From contig JBGPIK010000002.1 in NCBI GenBank assembly GCA_041484845.1, forward strand, positions 1-58,313: a DNA stretch of 58,313 bases, in the 5' to 3' direction. The notes beneath the pieces are model-generated. The model was given only the letters and a program-made list of their open reading frames with translations. It made no database searches and was not told where the DNA came from. Made by a program: the position numbers and the translations under genes. This DNA is from Candidatus Binatia bacterium. GTDB taxonomy: Bacteria > Desulfobacterota > Binatia > UBA9968. Below, piece by piece: positions 50,844 through 58,313 of this stretch. The stretch's first letter is position 1, and every line of letters begins with the position of its first letter.

Positions 50844-52601
50844 ATGAAAAAGACATTGTTTAACTTCGCGGGATTGAGCTTCCTGCTAGGCGTTTTTGTT
50901 CTTGCCGTCGCTCCGGTGCGCGCGCAGAGCGTCGATGATAAGATCAAAAATCTCGAGCAGGAGCTTTCGCAGCTTAAGTCGCAGCAGATCGAGATGAAGA
51001 AGGATGCAGTAGCGGCTGCAGCCGCGCTGCCGAGTTTTACCTATCGGCCGGGGAGCGGCGTGTTGATCGAGGCGGCGGACAAGGCCTGGTCGCTACGGCT
51101 GTCCCATGAAATCGATTGGCTGATGCCGTTTGAATCGGGTCAGTCTCATTCAGACCGGACCAACGGCGAAGTCATGACCCGCAGGTTCAGACAAGAGTGG
51201 ACGATGTGCGTCGACAACTGCTTTTACGAAGTAGCGTCGCGGTTGGATCTCGATGGTTTCGGCACCAACAGCGCCTTGCAGCGTGCCCAGGGATCAATCC
51301 ATTTTGAGAATTTGAATCCGTGGATGCCGACCCTTTACTTCGGTGCGGACATCGAGATGAACGGCGGCGAAGCGCGCCAGGGCTCGAGCGCTACCGGTTC
51401 ACAGGGCGAATATGATTTGCTCAGCCGCAACAACGGTTTTAACACCGGCCGCACGGGCACGGGCATTGGGCTTCAGTATAACAACATCGATCTCGCCGGG
51501 ATCGGCGTTCCCGGAAAAGCGCGGGCCATGTTTATGGCCGGCAGCATCGGCGCGGCGGACGACGGTACTAGCGTGCCGACGGACAAGAAAAGTTTAGCCG
51601 GTTTTTTCAGCATGTCGCCGTTCAGCGCGGTTAAGAACAAATGGATCAGCGGCTTGACCTTTGAAATCCTGGGCTTCTGGTGTAACACAGACACTCACAC
51701 CGAAGACACGACGACCACGGCTGCCGCTATGGCCGTCAGCAGCACGACGGGTGCGATAACGGCGGGGCGCATTGAGACGACGACGACGACACGAATTCCC
51801 GCCGGCATGTCCGCTTGCCAGAGCTTGAACATTAGAGATCATGGGCCGGGCGGGCGGCAGAGCTTGTTCAACACCGGCGTGCTCGGCGGCGGTGTTAGCC
51901 AGTACATACAGCCGGGCTTATTGTGGGAAGTAGGTCCATACCGGTTGCGCGCTATGATGGGCTTTCAGCACTATAGTAACAGCAACAGCCTGGATCAAAT
52001 AGCCGTTAGGCAGCGTTGGCAGGATACCGTCGGCAGCACGACATCGACGGCTTCGACGACGAGCACATTTCTCGGCGATGTGGGCAAAAGGCATGCGCGG
52101 GACTGGCTGATCGGGCACGATCTATTTCTGTGGAGTCCCAAGGGGTTCCTGACCGGATCGTCGAACACACCGGGATCGGTCCTGTTTGGTACTCACTTTG
52201 AGCGCACGGACGTGGGCTGCGATAGCGATTCTGGGATTAGGACATTCCCGGACAACGCGGTTTGTAACCGGATCACGCGGAGCGCCACCACATCGCAATC
52301 GGAATTTTTGCACAGCCGGATTCTGATTCGGGAGTGGGATTTATGGTATTTCATAGCGCCGCGGGCGAGCGTGGGGTTGAACTTCTTGTGGTACGATGCG
52401 AATCACCTGCCGACGGGGTTCAGCTCAGGCGGCGGTATTACGAACGATGTGCAGAAGCAGCTGGGCGCCACGGGGAGCTGTAGGAACTCGGCTCACAACA
52501 ACGGGCTTGATAGCCCCGGTGCGGGGTCGTGGGTTCCCGACCAATTAGGTTGCGGTGGAAACTGGGTAGATGTGTGGTTGAGACTGAGGTGGAGCTTCTA
52601 G
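50844..52601 (+). CDS. Outer-membrane beta-barrel with an N-terminal coiled coil (OprO/P-like porin architecture)
   Basis: I trimmed the start to ATG 50844 (SD GAAGGAGG). It has a signal peptide ending VRAQS, the coiled segment DDKIKNLEQELSQLKSQQIEMKK, alternating beta-strand pattern, Thr-rich loops and a C-terminal ...LRLRWSF. Confidence 0.65.
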   Translation: MKKTLFNFAGLSFLLGVFVLAVAPVRAQSVDDKIKNLEQELSQLKSQQIEMKKDAVAAAAALPSFTYRPGSGVLIEAADKAWSLRLSHEIDWLMPFESGQSHSDRTNGEVMTRRFRQEWTMCVDNCFYEVASRLDLDGFGTNSALQRAQGSIHFENLNPWMPTLYFGADIEMNGGEARQGSSATGSQGEYDLLSRNNGFNTGRTGTGIGLQYNNIDLAGIGVPGKARAMFMAGSIGAADDGTSVPTDKKSLAGFFSMSPFSAVKNKWISGLTFEILGFWCNTDTHTEDTTTTAAAMAVSSTTGAITAGRIETTTTTRIPAGMSACQSLNIRDHGPGGRQSLFNTGVLGGGVSQYIQPGLLWEVGPYRLRAMMGFQHYSNSNSLDQIAVRQRWQDTVGSTTSTASTTSTFLGDVGKRHARDWLIGHDLFLWSPKGFLTGSSNTPGSVLFGTHFERTDVGCDSDSGIRTFPDNAVCNRITRSATTSQSEFLHSRILIREWDLWYFIAPRASVGLNFLWYDANHLPTGFSSGGGITNDVQKQLGATGSCRNSAHNNGLDSPGAGSWVPDQLGCGGNWVDVWLRLRWSF

Positions 52602-52624
52602 CGGAAGCTACGCTGGAAGAAGAC

Positions 52625-52657
52625 AAAAGGGGAGCCATCCGGCTCCCCTTTTTTTTT
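52625..52657 (+). terminator. Rho-independent terminator of the porin gene
   Basis: GGGGAGCC (52629-52636), loop ATCC, GGCTCCCC (52641-52648), then nine T (52649-52657). An A-run precedes the stem. Confidence 0.85.
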
Positions 52658-52733
52658 GCTCCAGAGCTTGTATATTATCGCGTATAAATTTAGCTTAAAA
52701 AAAATTTCAGGCTGGAGTTGCAATAAACAAAGT

Positions 52734-53348
52734 ATGAAAACCTTGCGAACCTACCCTTTGTCAATTTTCTCGTTGGCTCTCGTTATGGGATTGACCGCTT
52801 GTCTCAACTCAATACCGAGATTCGGCACCGGCGGCCAGTATGAAGCGGGCAAAGAAGAGTTTATGAGAGGGAAGGGCGGAGACATGGACAAGGCAATTCC
52901 GGCTCTGGAGGCGGTCGTACGTGAGAATCCCACTTATCGAGATAGTCTGACGCTTCTGGGCCGGGCCTACTACCGTAAGACGCGCTACCCGGATGCAGCC
53001 GCGATTTTGCAGCGCGCGGTGGTGGTGCAAAAAGACGACGGAATCGCCTGGATCGTCCTCGGAGCCGCGCAGCTGCGCTTAAACCAGAATGAGCAGGGGC
53101 TTCAGGCGATGAAGGGAGGAATCAGTTTGCTCAGCCGGGCTTCCGTCAATGGATATCACAATTTTCCGCTATGGGATACTAGGGGAATAATAAGCGCATC
53201 AATCCGCAGGGCAGCATTCCTGTTGACCAAAGAAGGGGACAACAAAGAAGAGTTGCTAAACGAGGTTAACACGCTTCTCAGCAGAATCGACGACGAGGAG
53301 AACTTCCAGCGCATCGATACTCAACGGCGCTATAACCGTGAATATTAA
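52734..53348 (+). CDS. TPR-like lipoprotein, distant member (C) of a three-paralogue family
   Basis: I trimmed the start to ATG 52734 (MKTLRTYPL..., lipobox GLTAC). It shares the architecture of the two downstream paralogues: an N-terminal Q/G segment, ENPTY...GRAYY, and a C-terminal acidic IDDEE tail. Confidence 0.6.
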   Translation: MKTLRTYPLSIFSLALVMGLTACLNSIPRFGTGGQYEAGKEEFMRGKGGDMDKAIPALEAVVRENPTYRDSLTLLGRAYYRKTRYPDAAAILQRAVVVQKDDGIAWIVLGAAQLRLNQNEQGLQAMKGGISLLSRASVNGYHNFPLWDTRGIISASIRRAAFLLTKEGDNKEELLNEVNTLLSRIDDEENFQRIDTQRRYNREY

Positions 53349-53358
53349 AGAATTCGGC

Positions 53359-54036
53359 TCAGCGATGGCTGCCGCCTTCATTGTCGCCGGGTCTGCCTCT
53401 GAAGAACCGTTCTTCCCGGTCCGCGCGATCAATCTCTTCCTCCATGCGCTTGCCGATGCCTTCGCCATCCGCGATCAGTTTCGGCCAGTCCAATTCTCGG
53501 TTGCTTAGGAGAGCGAGATCGGTCCGGATTTGTGAGCGAATCTCCCTTTGCGGGTCCCAAAATTCGCCATAGGAATAACGGTGGGTCTGGGAAACGTCTT
53601 CGAGCCAGTCATGGAGCCCCTTCATGCCGTTTTCAATTTCAGACAATCCGCGCTGACGATCACCGTCTCGGGCGAGCGTCAGGCCCAAATACAGCTTGGC
53701 CAGGTAGTCGTCGCTGTGACGGCTGCTGGCGTTTTCCAACGCCCGACGTGCCTCCGGCAAATTTTGCGTTTCATAACTTGCCCGGCCCACGTAAGTCCAC
53801 ACGCCTTCTTTAAAGACAGTAAACCCGGTAACGTAGTCGGGATTCAATTCCGCAGCCCGGCGGAAATGCACGAGCGCGTCTTCGGGTCGCCCGGCAAAAA
53901 GATCGGCGCGTCCCGATTGAACCTCTCCTCCGCTCTGTACAATTGCGCAGCCGTCGATCAGAAGAAAAAGACCTAAAACGCTCCAACGGATAGAACTATT
54001 TTTCGTGAGCCGATTAAAAGCCCTGCGCGGTTTCAT
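53359..54036 (-). CDS. TPR-like lipoprotein, paralogue B
   Basis: I trimmed the start to ATG 54036 (SD GGAGG 4 nt upstream), which removes the overlap with paralogue A. About half the positions are identical by eye to A, for example LYLGLTLARDGDRQR, HDWL, FWDPQREIRSQI, LDWPK, MEEEIDRADREE. Confidence 0.7.
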   Translation of the reverse strand: MKPRRAFNRLTKNSSIRWSVLGLFLLIDGCAIVQSGGEVQSGRADLFAGRPEDALVHFRRAAELNPDYVTGFTVFKEGVWTYVGRASYETQNLPEARRALENASSRHSDDYLAKLYLGLTLARDGDRQRGLSEIENGMKGLHDWLEDVSQTHRYSYGEFWDPQREIRSQIRTDLALLSNRELDWPKLIADGEGIGKRMEEEIDRADREERFFRGRPGDNEGGSHR

Positions 54037-54067
54037 AGATCCTCCAATTCCGAATGAGCGTAACGAC

Positions 54068-54706
54068 TCAAGGCTCAGAGCCGCCGCCGTCGCCTTGGCG
54101 AGAACGCTCAAAAACTTCTTCACGGAGAGCCCGATCTATTTCCTCTTCCATGCTCCTGCCAACCCAATCGCCGCTCTGCAAAACTTTTGGCCAATCGATT
54201 TCCGGTCGAGAAAGCATCGCAAGGGTTGTCTGGATTTCCGAGCGGATTTCTGCTTGCGGATCCCAAAACCTGCCGGTGGAAAATGTCTGAGTTTGAGTGG
54301 TGTTTTGAAGCCAGTCGTAAATTCCTTTGATTCCGCCGCTAATTTCTTGCCGCGATCGCTCGCGATCTCCCTCGCGAGCCAACGTAAGACCAAGATAAAG
54401 TCTGGCCGTCGTGTCGTTGCTATAGACTGAAAGGGCGCGCTCCAACGCCTGCCGCGCGTCGGACAATCGTCCGCTGGCGTAGTCGGCCCGGCCGACGTAG
54501 CTCCAAATACCCTGGGGTACGCCGCTGTAGTTTATGTATCCGGGATCAATCCCGGCGGCATTGCGAAAATAGGTTTGCGCGGCCTCGTAACGACCCGTGA
54601 GGTAAGCCTGCCTGCCTGATTGGAAATCTTGAGACGCCTGAAAGCCGGCACAGCCAACGCAAAGGAAAATAATCGGCAAGAAGAGCCCCAAGTAGATCTT
54701 ATTCAT
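54068..54706 (-). CDS. TPR-like lipoprotein, paralogue A
   Basis: 212 aa with SD GGAGGG and signal/lipobox-like FLCVGC. The motifs LYLGLTLAREGDRER, YDWL, FWDPQAEIRSEI, IDWPK and MEEEIDRALREE are present. Confidence 0.7.
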   Translation of the reverse strand: MNKIYLGLFLPIIFLCVGCAGFQASQDFQSGRQAYLTGRYEAAQTYFRNAAGIDPGYINYSGVPQGIWSYVGRADYASGRLSDARQALERALSVYSNDTTARLYLGLTLAREGDRERSRQEISGGIKGIYDWLQNTTQTQTFSTGRFWDPQAEIRSEIQTTLAMLSRPEIDWPKVLQSGDWVGRSMEEEIDRALREEVFERSRQGDGGGSEP

Positions 54707-54803
54707 TGATGCCCTCCTGATTGGCTACTAGCATAATTCTGCACGCAGCGAAAATCAATGCTTGCTGGAACAGTTCCTAGCAGGTTGATGAATAACTCTG
54801 TTT

Positions 54804-54932
54804 GCAGGCTGCTCAAAAAGATCTCAGAGGCGAGGCGCGCGAAAAATCGATGAGCGGAGGCGTACTTAGCCAGTACGTTGTAGCGAGACGATTTCGCGCA
54901 ACGAAGCATATGAGTCTTTTTCAGCAGCCTGC
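54804..54932. other. Extended imperfect hairpin of about 129 nt (structured RNA or MITE-like element)
   Basis: The outer arms GCAGGCTGCTCAAAAAG (54804-54820) and CTTTTTCAGCAGCCTGC (54916-54932) pair at 16 of 17 positions. The middle stem pairs GCGCGAAAAATCG (54837-54849) with CGATTTCGCGC (54889-54899), with a 2-nt bulge. The apical stem is CGTAC-TTAGCCA-GTACG (54861-54877). Confidence 0.55.
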
Positions 54933-54944
54933 TAGAGCCGAAAA

Positions 54945-56525
54945 TCAGGCCTGGGACCTAGCAAGACGGTCGTGCATAACTCTGGTCGGTTGTTTGCTTT
55001 CGTCACGCAAAATGTTCTTTTGGACTTTCGAGCTAGGTGTTTTGGGAAGTTCGGGACGGTACTCGATATAGCGCGGTACTTTAAATGCGGCCATATGTTT
55101 TTTGCAGAAGCCCCATAGGTCCTCAGGCGAGACAGTTTCCGGGGTCGCGGGGGACTTAAGGACGATGTAAGCCTTTACCTCTTCCCCGCGGATCTCATCG
55201 GGCACGGCGATTACCGCTGACTCGGCGACCTGCGGGTGAGAATTGAGCACGCGCTCGACTTCTTCCGAGGAGATGTTTTCATCGCCGCGCCGCACCATGT
55301 CCTTCACCCGGTCAACAAAGTATAGATAGCCATCGTCATCGAGGTAGCCGAGATCGCCGGTGAAAAGCCAGCCGTCCTTCAATGCCTTTGCCGTGGCTTC
55401 GGGATTCTTGTAATAACCCTTCATCACCGTCGGACTTTGCTTGACGATTTCCCCTGGTTTTCCCGGCGGCAGCGCTTTCCCGGACTCATCGAAAATCTGC
55501 AGACGGTGGACTTCCGGCGCCAGCGGCAAGCCGCAACTGCCGAGTTTTTCCCGCGGCATCTGGCGCGGCCCGATCACGCTGAGGATATCTTCGGTTAAAC
55601 TGTAGGAGGGGACCGCAGTGAGATTGAATCGCTCCTCGAAGCGCGCGTGCATCTCCGGCGACAACAGCGCAATCGCCAGGCGCAGCGGATTGTCCCGATC
55701 GTCCGGCTTCTCCGGCAGGGCCAGAAGAATCTGTGGAATGGTTCGCATCAAACTTGAAGTCGTAATACCGTACTCGCGCACCTCATCCCAGAAGCGCGAG
55801 GCGCTGAATTTTTCCGTCAGCACAACACTGCCGCCCACGGACAGCATGCCGATGCACATGTGACAAAGCGCATTGACGTGAAACAGCGGCAGCAAACACA
55901 GCACCCGGTCGCTCTCGTTCCAGCCCAATCCTTCCGCGCGCATGCGCGGTGCGAACGCGTAGGCGTACTGCGACAGCATCACTCCTTTCGGACGGTCCGT
56001 CGTACCCGACGTGTAGGTGATGGAAGCGAGATCTTCCGGGTCAATCTGGATATCGGGAGCGTGATCCGTAACGCCGCTCATGAACTCATCCCACGAGAGG
56101 GCTCCCGAAGCATTGCCGTCACCCGTGACGATCACTATTCCGGCAGCCGGCAATTTTGCACGCACCGAATCGATCAAGGGCAACAGCTCCGGCGACGTGA
56201 TGCAGATCGAGGCCTCAGAATGGTGCAGCACGTACTCCGCCTCTTCTGGCGTATAGGCCGGGTTGAGCGGAACAAATACCGCGCCGATTTTGGTGACGGC
56301 GAAAACCGCAACGAGAAACTCGGCGCAGTTCGACAAAGCAAAAGCAACTTTATCGCCCTTTTTTACGCCGATCCGATTCAGCCCATTGGCGGCGCGATTC
56401 ACTTCGTGCTGGAGCTCCAGATAGGTCCAGCCCCGGTCCTTGAAAATCAATGCGACCTTCTCAGCATGCCGCGCGACTCCATTGTCTAGGAGTTCGCTAA
56501 GAGTTGCCGGAGATGAATGCTTCAT
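54945..56525 (-). CDS. AMP-forming acyl-CoA synthetase/ligase (ANL superfamily)
   Basis: AMP-binding motif TYTSGTTDRPKGV, plus GEI...GY, TGDLGYLDDDGYLYFVDRVKD and a C-terminal ...PSSKVQK. I prefer the start at ATG 56525 (MKHSSPATLSELL...); the track start at 56636 is possible. Confidence 0.85.
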   Translation of the reverse strand: MKHSSPATLSELLDNGVARHAEKVALIFKDRGWTYLELQHEVNRAANGLNRIGVKKGDKVAFALSNCAEFLVAVFAVTKIGAVFVPLNPAYTPEEAEYVLHHSEASICITSPELLPLIDSVRAKLPAAGIVIVTGDGNASGALSWDEFMSGVTDHAPDIQIDPEDLASITYTSGTTDRPKGVMLSQYAYAFAPRMRAEGLGWNESDRVLCLLPLFHVNALCHMCIGMLSVGGSVVLTEKFSASRFWDEVREYGITTSSLMRTIPQILLALPEKPDDRDNPLRLAIALLSPEMHARFEERFNLTAVPSYSLTEDILSVIGPRQMPREKLGSCGLPLAPEVHRLQIFDESGKALPPGKPGEIVKQSPTVMKGYYKNPEATAKALKDGWLFTGDLGYLDDDGYLYFVDRVKDMVRRGDENISSEEVERVLNSHPQVAESAVIAVPDEIRGEEVKAYIVLKSPATPETVSPEDLWGFCKKHMAAFKVPRYIEYRPELPKTPSSKVQKNILRDESKQPTRVMHDRLARSQA

Positions 56526-56651
56526 GCCAGGATAACCTTTGCCTCTTTGTGCCGCGTTCGTCCTCATATCATTGGAAATAATATTTGCAACAAACCCCTT
56601 TTGATGTAAGTCGTTCACTTTGAATCGCGAGGTCATTGACGGGCATCAAGA

Positions 56652-56719
56652 AAGATTCCTCGCTCTGCTCGGAATGACAACTTAAGGGGTCTGTCATCCC
56701 GAACGCAGTGAGGGATCTT
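56652..56719. repeat. Inverted pair of 28-nt GTCAT(T/C)CCG...GG(A/G)ATCTT REP-like elements
   Basis: AAGATTCCTCGCTCTGCTCGGAATGACA (56652-56679) and TGTCATCCCGAACGCAGTGAGGGATCTT (56692-56719) are reverse complements at 22 of 28 positions, 12 nt apart. They explain the spurious ORF 56569-56754. Confidence 0.65.
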
Positions 56720-56807
56720 GATCGAACTGAACCCCTACCCCCTTTGACTTTCAATGATCAACCACCGTAGAATCGACTTATCCCCATAGATTTAAAAGGA
56801 GGCCCCT

Positions 56808-57419
56808 ATGGCAGAGCCGCTCGTGCTCGAAGTTTTCTCCGATTTCGTTTGACCCTGGTGCTACCTCGTCACCGGGCGTGTCGAGAAACTTAAAGCGAAT
56901 TATCCTCTGGCGGTCAAATGGACGCAATTCCCTCTTCATCCGGAAACCCCCGAAGATGGCGCCGAACGGGGCGATGAAATGGTTGCCCGAAATCAGCGCA
57001 TGAAAGTAAACATGGACCGCGAAGGCTTGCCTTATAATGTCCAGCGCCGGTGGTCCTACAACAGCCGGCTTGCTCAGGAGCTGGCGAAATGGGCCGAGAC
57101 CAAAGGTAAAGCGGAACAAATCACGGATGCCCTGTTTCGCGCCTACTTTGTAGACGTTAAAAATATCGGCCGAGCCGAAGTCCTCGCCAAGATCGCCGCG
57201 GAAAACGGCTTACCGGGGGATGAAGCTACGGACGTGCTGTCAAGCCGGAGCTTTAAAGATTTGGTCGATAACGATTGGCGCCGCTGCGCCGCCGTCGGCG
57301 TCAATGCGGTGCCGACATTTCTTGCCGGCCGCTATTTGGTGGTCGGCGCGCAGCCGTACGAAGAGTTGGAGCGGCTCGTTCAGCATGTGATGAATTCGCC
57401 GGAGAACGGATTGGAGTGA
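56808..57419 (+). CDS. DsbA/FrnE-family thiol:disulfide oxidoreductase, predicted selenoprotein (in-frame TGA 56850-56852 read as Sec in a U-P-W-C motif)
   Basis: SD AGGAGG lies 5 nt before ATG 56808. Translation gives MAEPLVLEVFSDFV[TGA]PWCYLVTGRVEKLKANYPLAVKWTQFPLHPETPEDG..., continuing in the same frame as track ORF 56979-57419 with no other stop. The TGA sits exactly where the family has the first Cys of FSDxxCPWC. A hairpin starts right after the TGA. Confidence 0.75.
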
Positions 57420-57514
57420 TGGAGTGGTGGAGTAAGGGGATTGGAGTGGTGGAGTATTGGAGTGATGGAGTAATGCGTAAAACCCAATACTCCAGTACTC
57501 CATTATTCCAATGA
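57411..57514. repeat. GGAGTA-type octamer tract with inverted complement (copy 2, longer)
   Basis: Seven TGGAGTRN-like units (TGGAGTGA TGGAGTGG TGGAGTAA...TGGAGTGG TGGAGTAT TGGAGTGA TGGAGTAA) are followed by CCAATACTCCAGTACTCCATTATTCCAATG. The element overlaps the stop of the DsbA-like gene. Confidence 0.75.
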
Positions 57515-57569
57515 TCACTAGTTGACAGAACCGATGGAGTTACCGAACAGCTCAAGGGAGGACATCAAA

Positions 57570-58313
57570 TTGCCCTACACCATGATTTCAGCCGATGATC
57601 ACATTGACCTGGGGTATTTGCCCAAAGATTTGTGGACCGAACGCCTGCCCAAATCTTTGCGCGATCGCGCGCCCCACGTCGAGGATAGAGGCGAGAAGGG
57701 TGAGTATTGGGTGTGCGACGGCGAGACCTGGGCGGACTATCGCGGCGAGCGCTGGTTTGCCAAGGCCAATCGCACCCGGTTGGCTCTTGACAGGGGCGGA
57801 GTCGGCGAAGCGCATCGGCCCACGACGCCGGAGAAACGGCTCGCCGATATGGATCGCGACGGAGTCGAGGCATCGCTCATGTTTCCGCCCATTATCGCGA
57901 TGCAAGTGGGCGAGCCCGAGTTGAGAAATGGCTGCGTCCAGGCGTACAACGATTGGGCGCTCGAGTTTGGTAAAACCGCCCCGAAGCGCTTCTTTCCCGT
58001 TGCCATGCTCTCTTCTGTCGACGCCGAAGCCGCTAGAGACGAGGTCATTCGCGTAGCGAAACTGGGCTTTCACGAAGCGAACTTCCTGGTCAACGATGTC
58101 ACGCTCCAGATGAATCTACAGCCATGGGACATCTTCTGGAACGCGGCTGAGGACGCAGGCATCGTTGTGTCTTACCATGTGGGCGGCAGCACTCAGTCGG
58201 GAACCGTGCGGGCGACTATTGACTCGATGAAGCCCGGCGAGCGCCAGGGCGTCTTCGATATGGGCCTTAGCAATGGCGCTACTACATTCTTCAATCCCTT
58301 CGTCAATATGTTC
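57570..58313 (+). CDS. Amidohydrolase-2 (ACMSD/LigW-like metal-dependent hydrolase/decarboxylase) family protein, N-terminal part; continues beyond the window end
   Basis: Absent from the ORF track because it has no stop inside the window. It has 248 open codons from TTG 57570 (SD GGGAGG 8 nt upstream; ATG 57582 is an in-frame alternative). LPYTMISADDHIDLGYLPKDLW...RLADMDRDGVEASLMFPP...YNDWALEF is typical of the amidohydrolase 2 family. Confidence 0.75.
   Translation, partial: MPYTMISADDHIDLGYLPKDLWTERLPKSLRDRAPHVEDRGEKGEYWVCDGETWADYRGERWFAKANRTRLALDRGGVGEAHRPTTPEKRLADMDRDGVEASLMFPPIIAMQVGEPELRNGCVQAYNDWALEFGKTAPKRFFPVAMLSSVDAEAARDEVIRVAKLGFHEANFLVNDVTLQMNLQPWDIFWNAAEDAGIVVSYHVGGSTQSGTVRATIDSMKPGERQGVFDMGLSNGATTFFNPFVNMF

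Noticed and set aside
56569-56754. 61-aa minus-strand ORF
   Set aside because: It is composed of the two REP-like 28-mers (the translation contains LTAFGMTD and HSEQSEES signatures), so it is not a gene.
57588-58073. 161-aa minus-strand ORF and 109-aa plus-strand ORF (57595-57924)
   Set aside because: A different plus frame (57570-58313) is open to the window end and encodes a clear amidohydrolase-2 N-terminus. The listed ORFs are shadow frames.

Overview
This 58.3-kb window looks like ordinary chromosome from a diderm (Gram-negative-type) bacterium. The diderm call rests on BamD, Lnt, TolC, several outer-membrane barrels and many lipobox lipoproteins. GC is moderately high: a hand-counted coding sample is about 58% G+C. 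I found no rRNA, tRNA, CRISPR array, transposase, integrase or recognisable transcription-factor gene. About 47 protein genes are credible. They fall into five groups. (1) Aromatic or organic-acid catabolism at the left edge: a partial TPP enzyme, MmgE/PrpD, a LigB/LigA-type extradiol dioxygenase, an SDR and endonuclease III. (2) A five-gene envelope operon on the minus strand (DUF1302, DUF1329, Ycf48/BNR propeller, MMPL-type RND, NMT1-type binding protein), divergent from lnt. (3) Housekeeping and sulfur genes: an APC permease, a PduO-type adenosyltransferase, fabI, a rhodanese plus a persulfide-dioxygenase-like MBL, and a CoADR-rhodanese fusion. (4) A catabolic island with an NMT1/TauABC-type ABC importer carrying two binding proteins, DUF1989, two divergent UbiD-family (de)carboxylases, an LLM flavin oxidoreductase and a three-subunit xanthine-dehydrogenase-family molybdoenzyme. 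(5) An envelope block: TolC-MFP-RND-MFP efflux, a BamD with a long disordered tail, a GT2, a porin-like barrel and three paralogous TPR-like lipoproteins. The most notable points are as follows. A DsbA/FrnE-family gene has an in-frame TGA exactly at the first active-site Cys, so it is a predicted selenoprotein that ORF calling splits. A perfect 12+12-bp inverted repeat carrying TTGACA boxes lies between the divergent UbiD operons. A roughly 129-nt extended hairpin lies in an intergenic gap. Several palindromic repeat families generate spurious ORFs. A 49-codon ORF in an AT-rich, gene-poor gap has exact classical C2H2 zinc-finger spacing. All functional calls come from motif recognition by eye; no database search was run.
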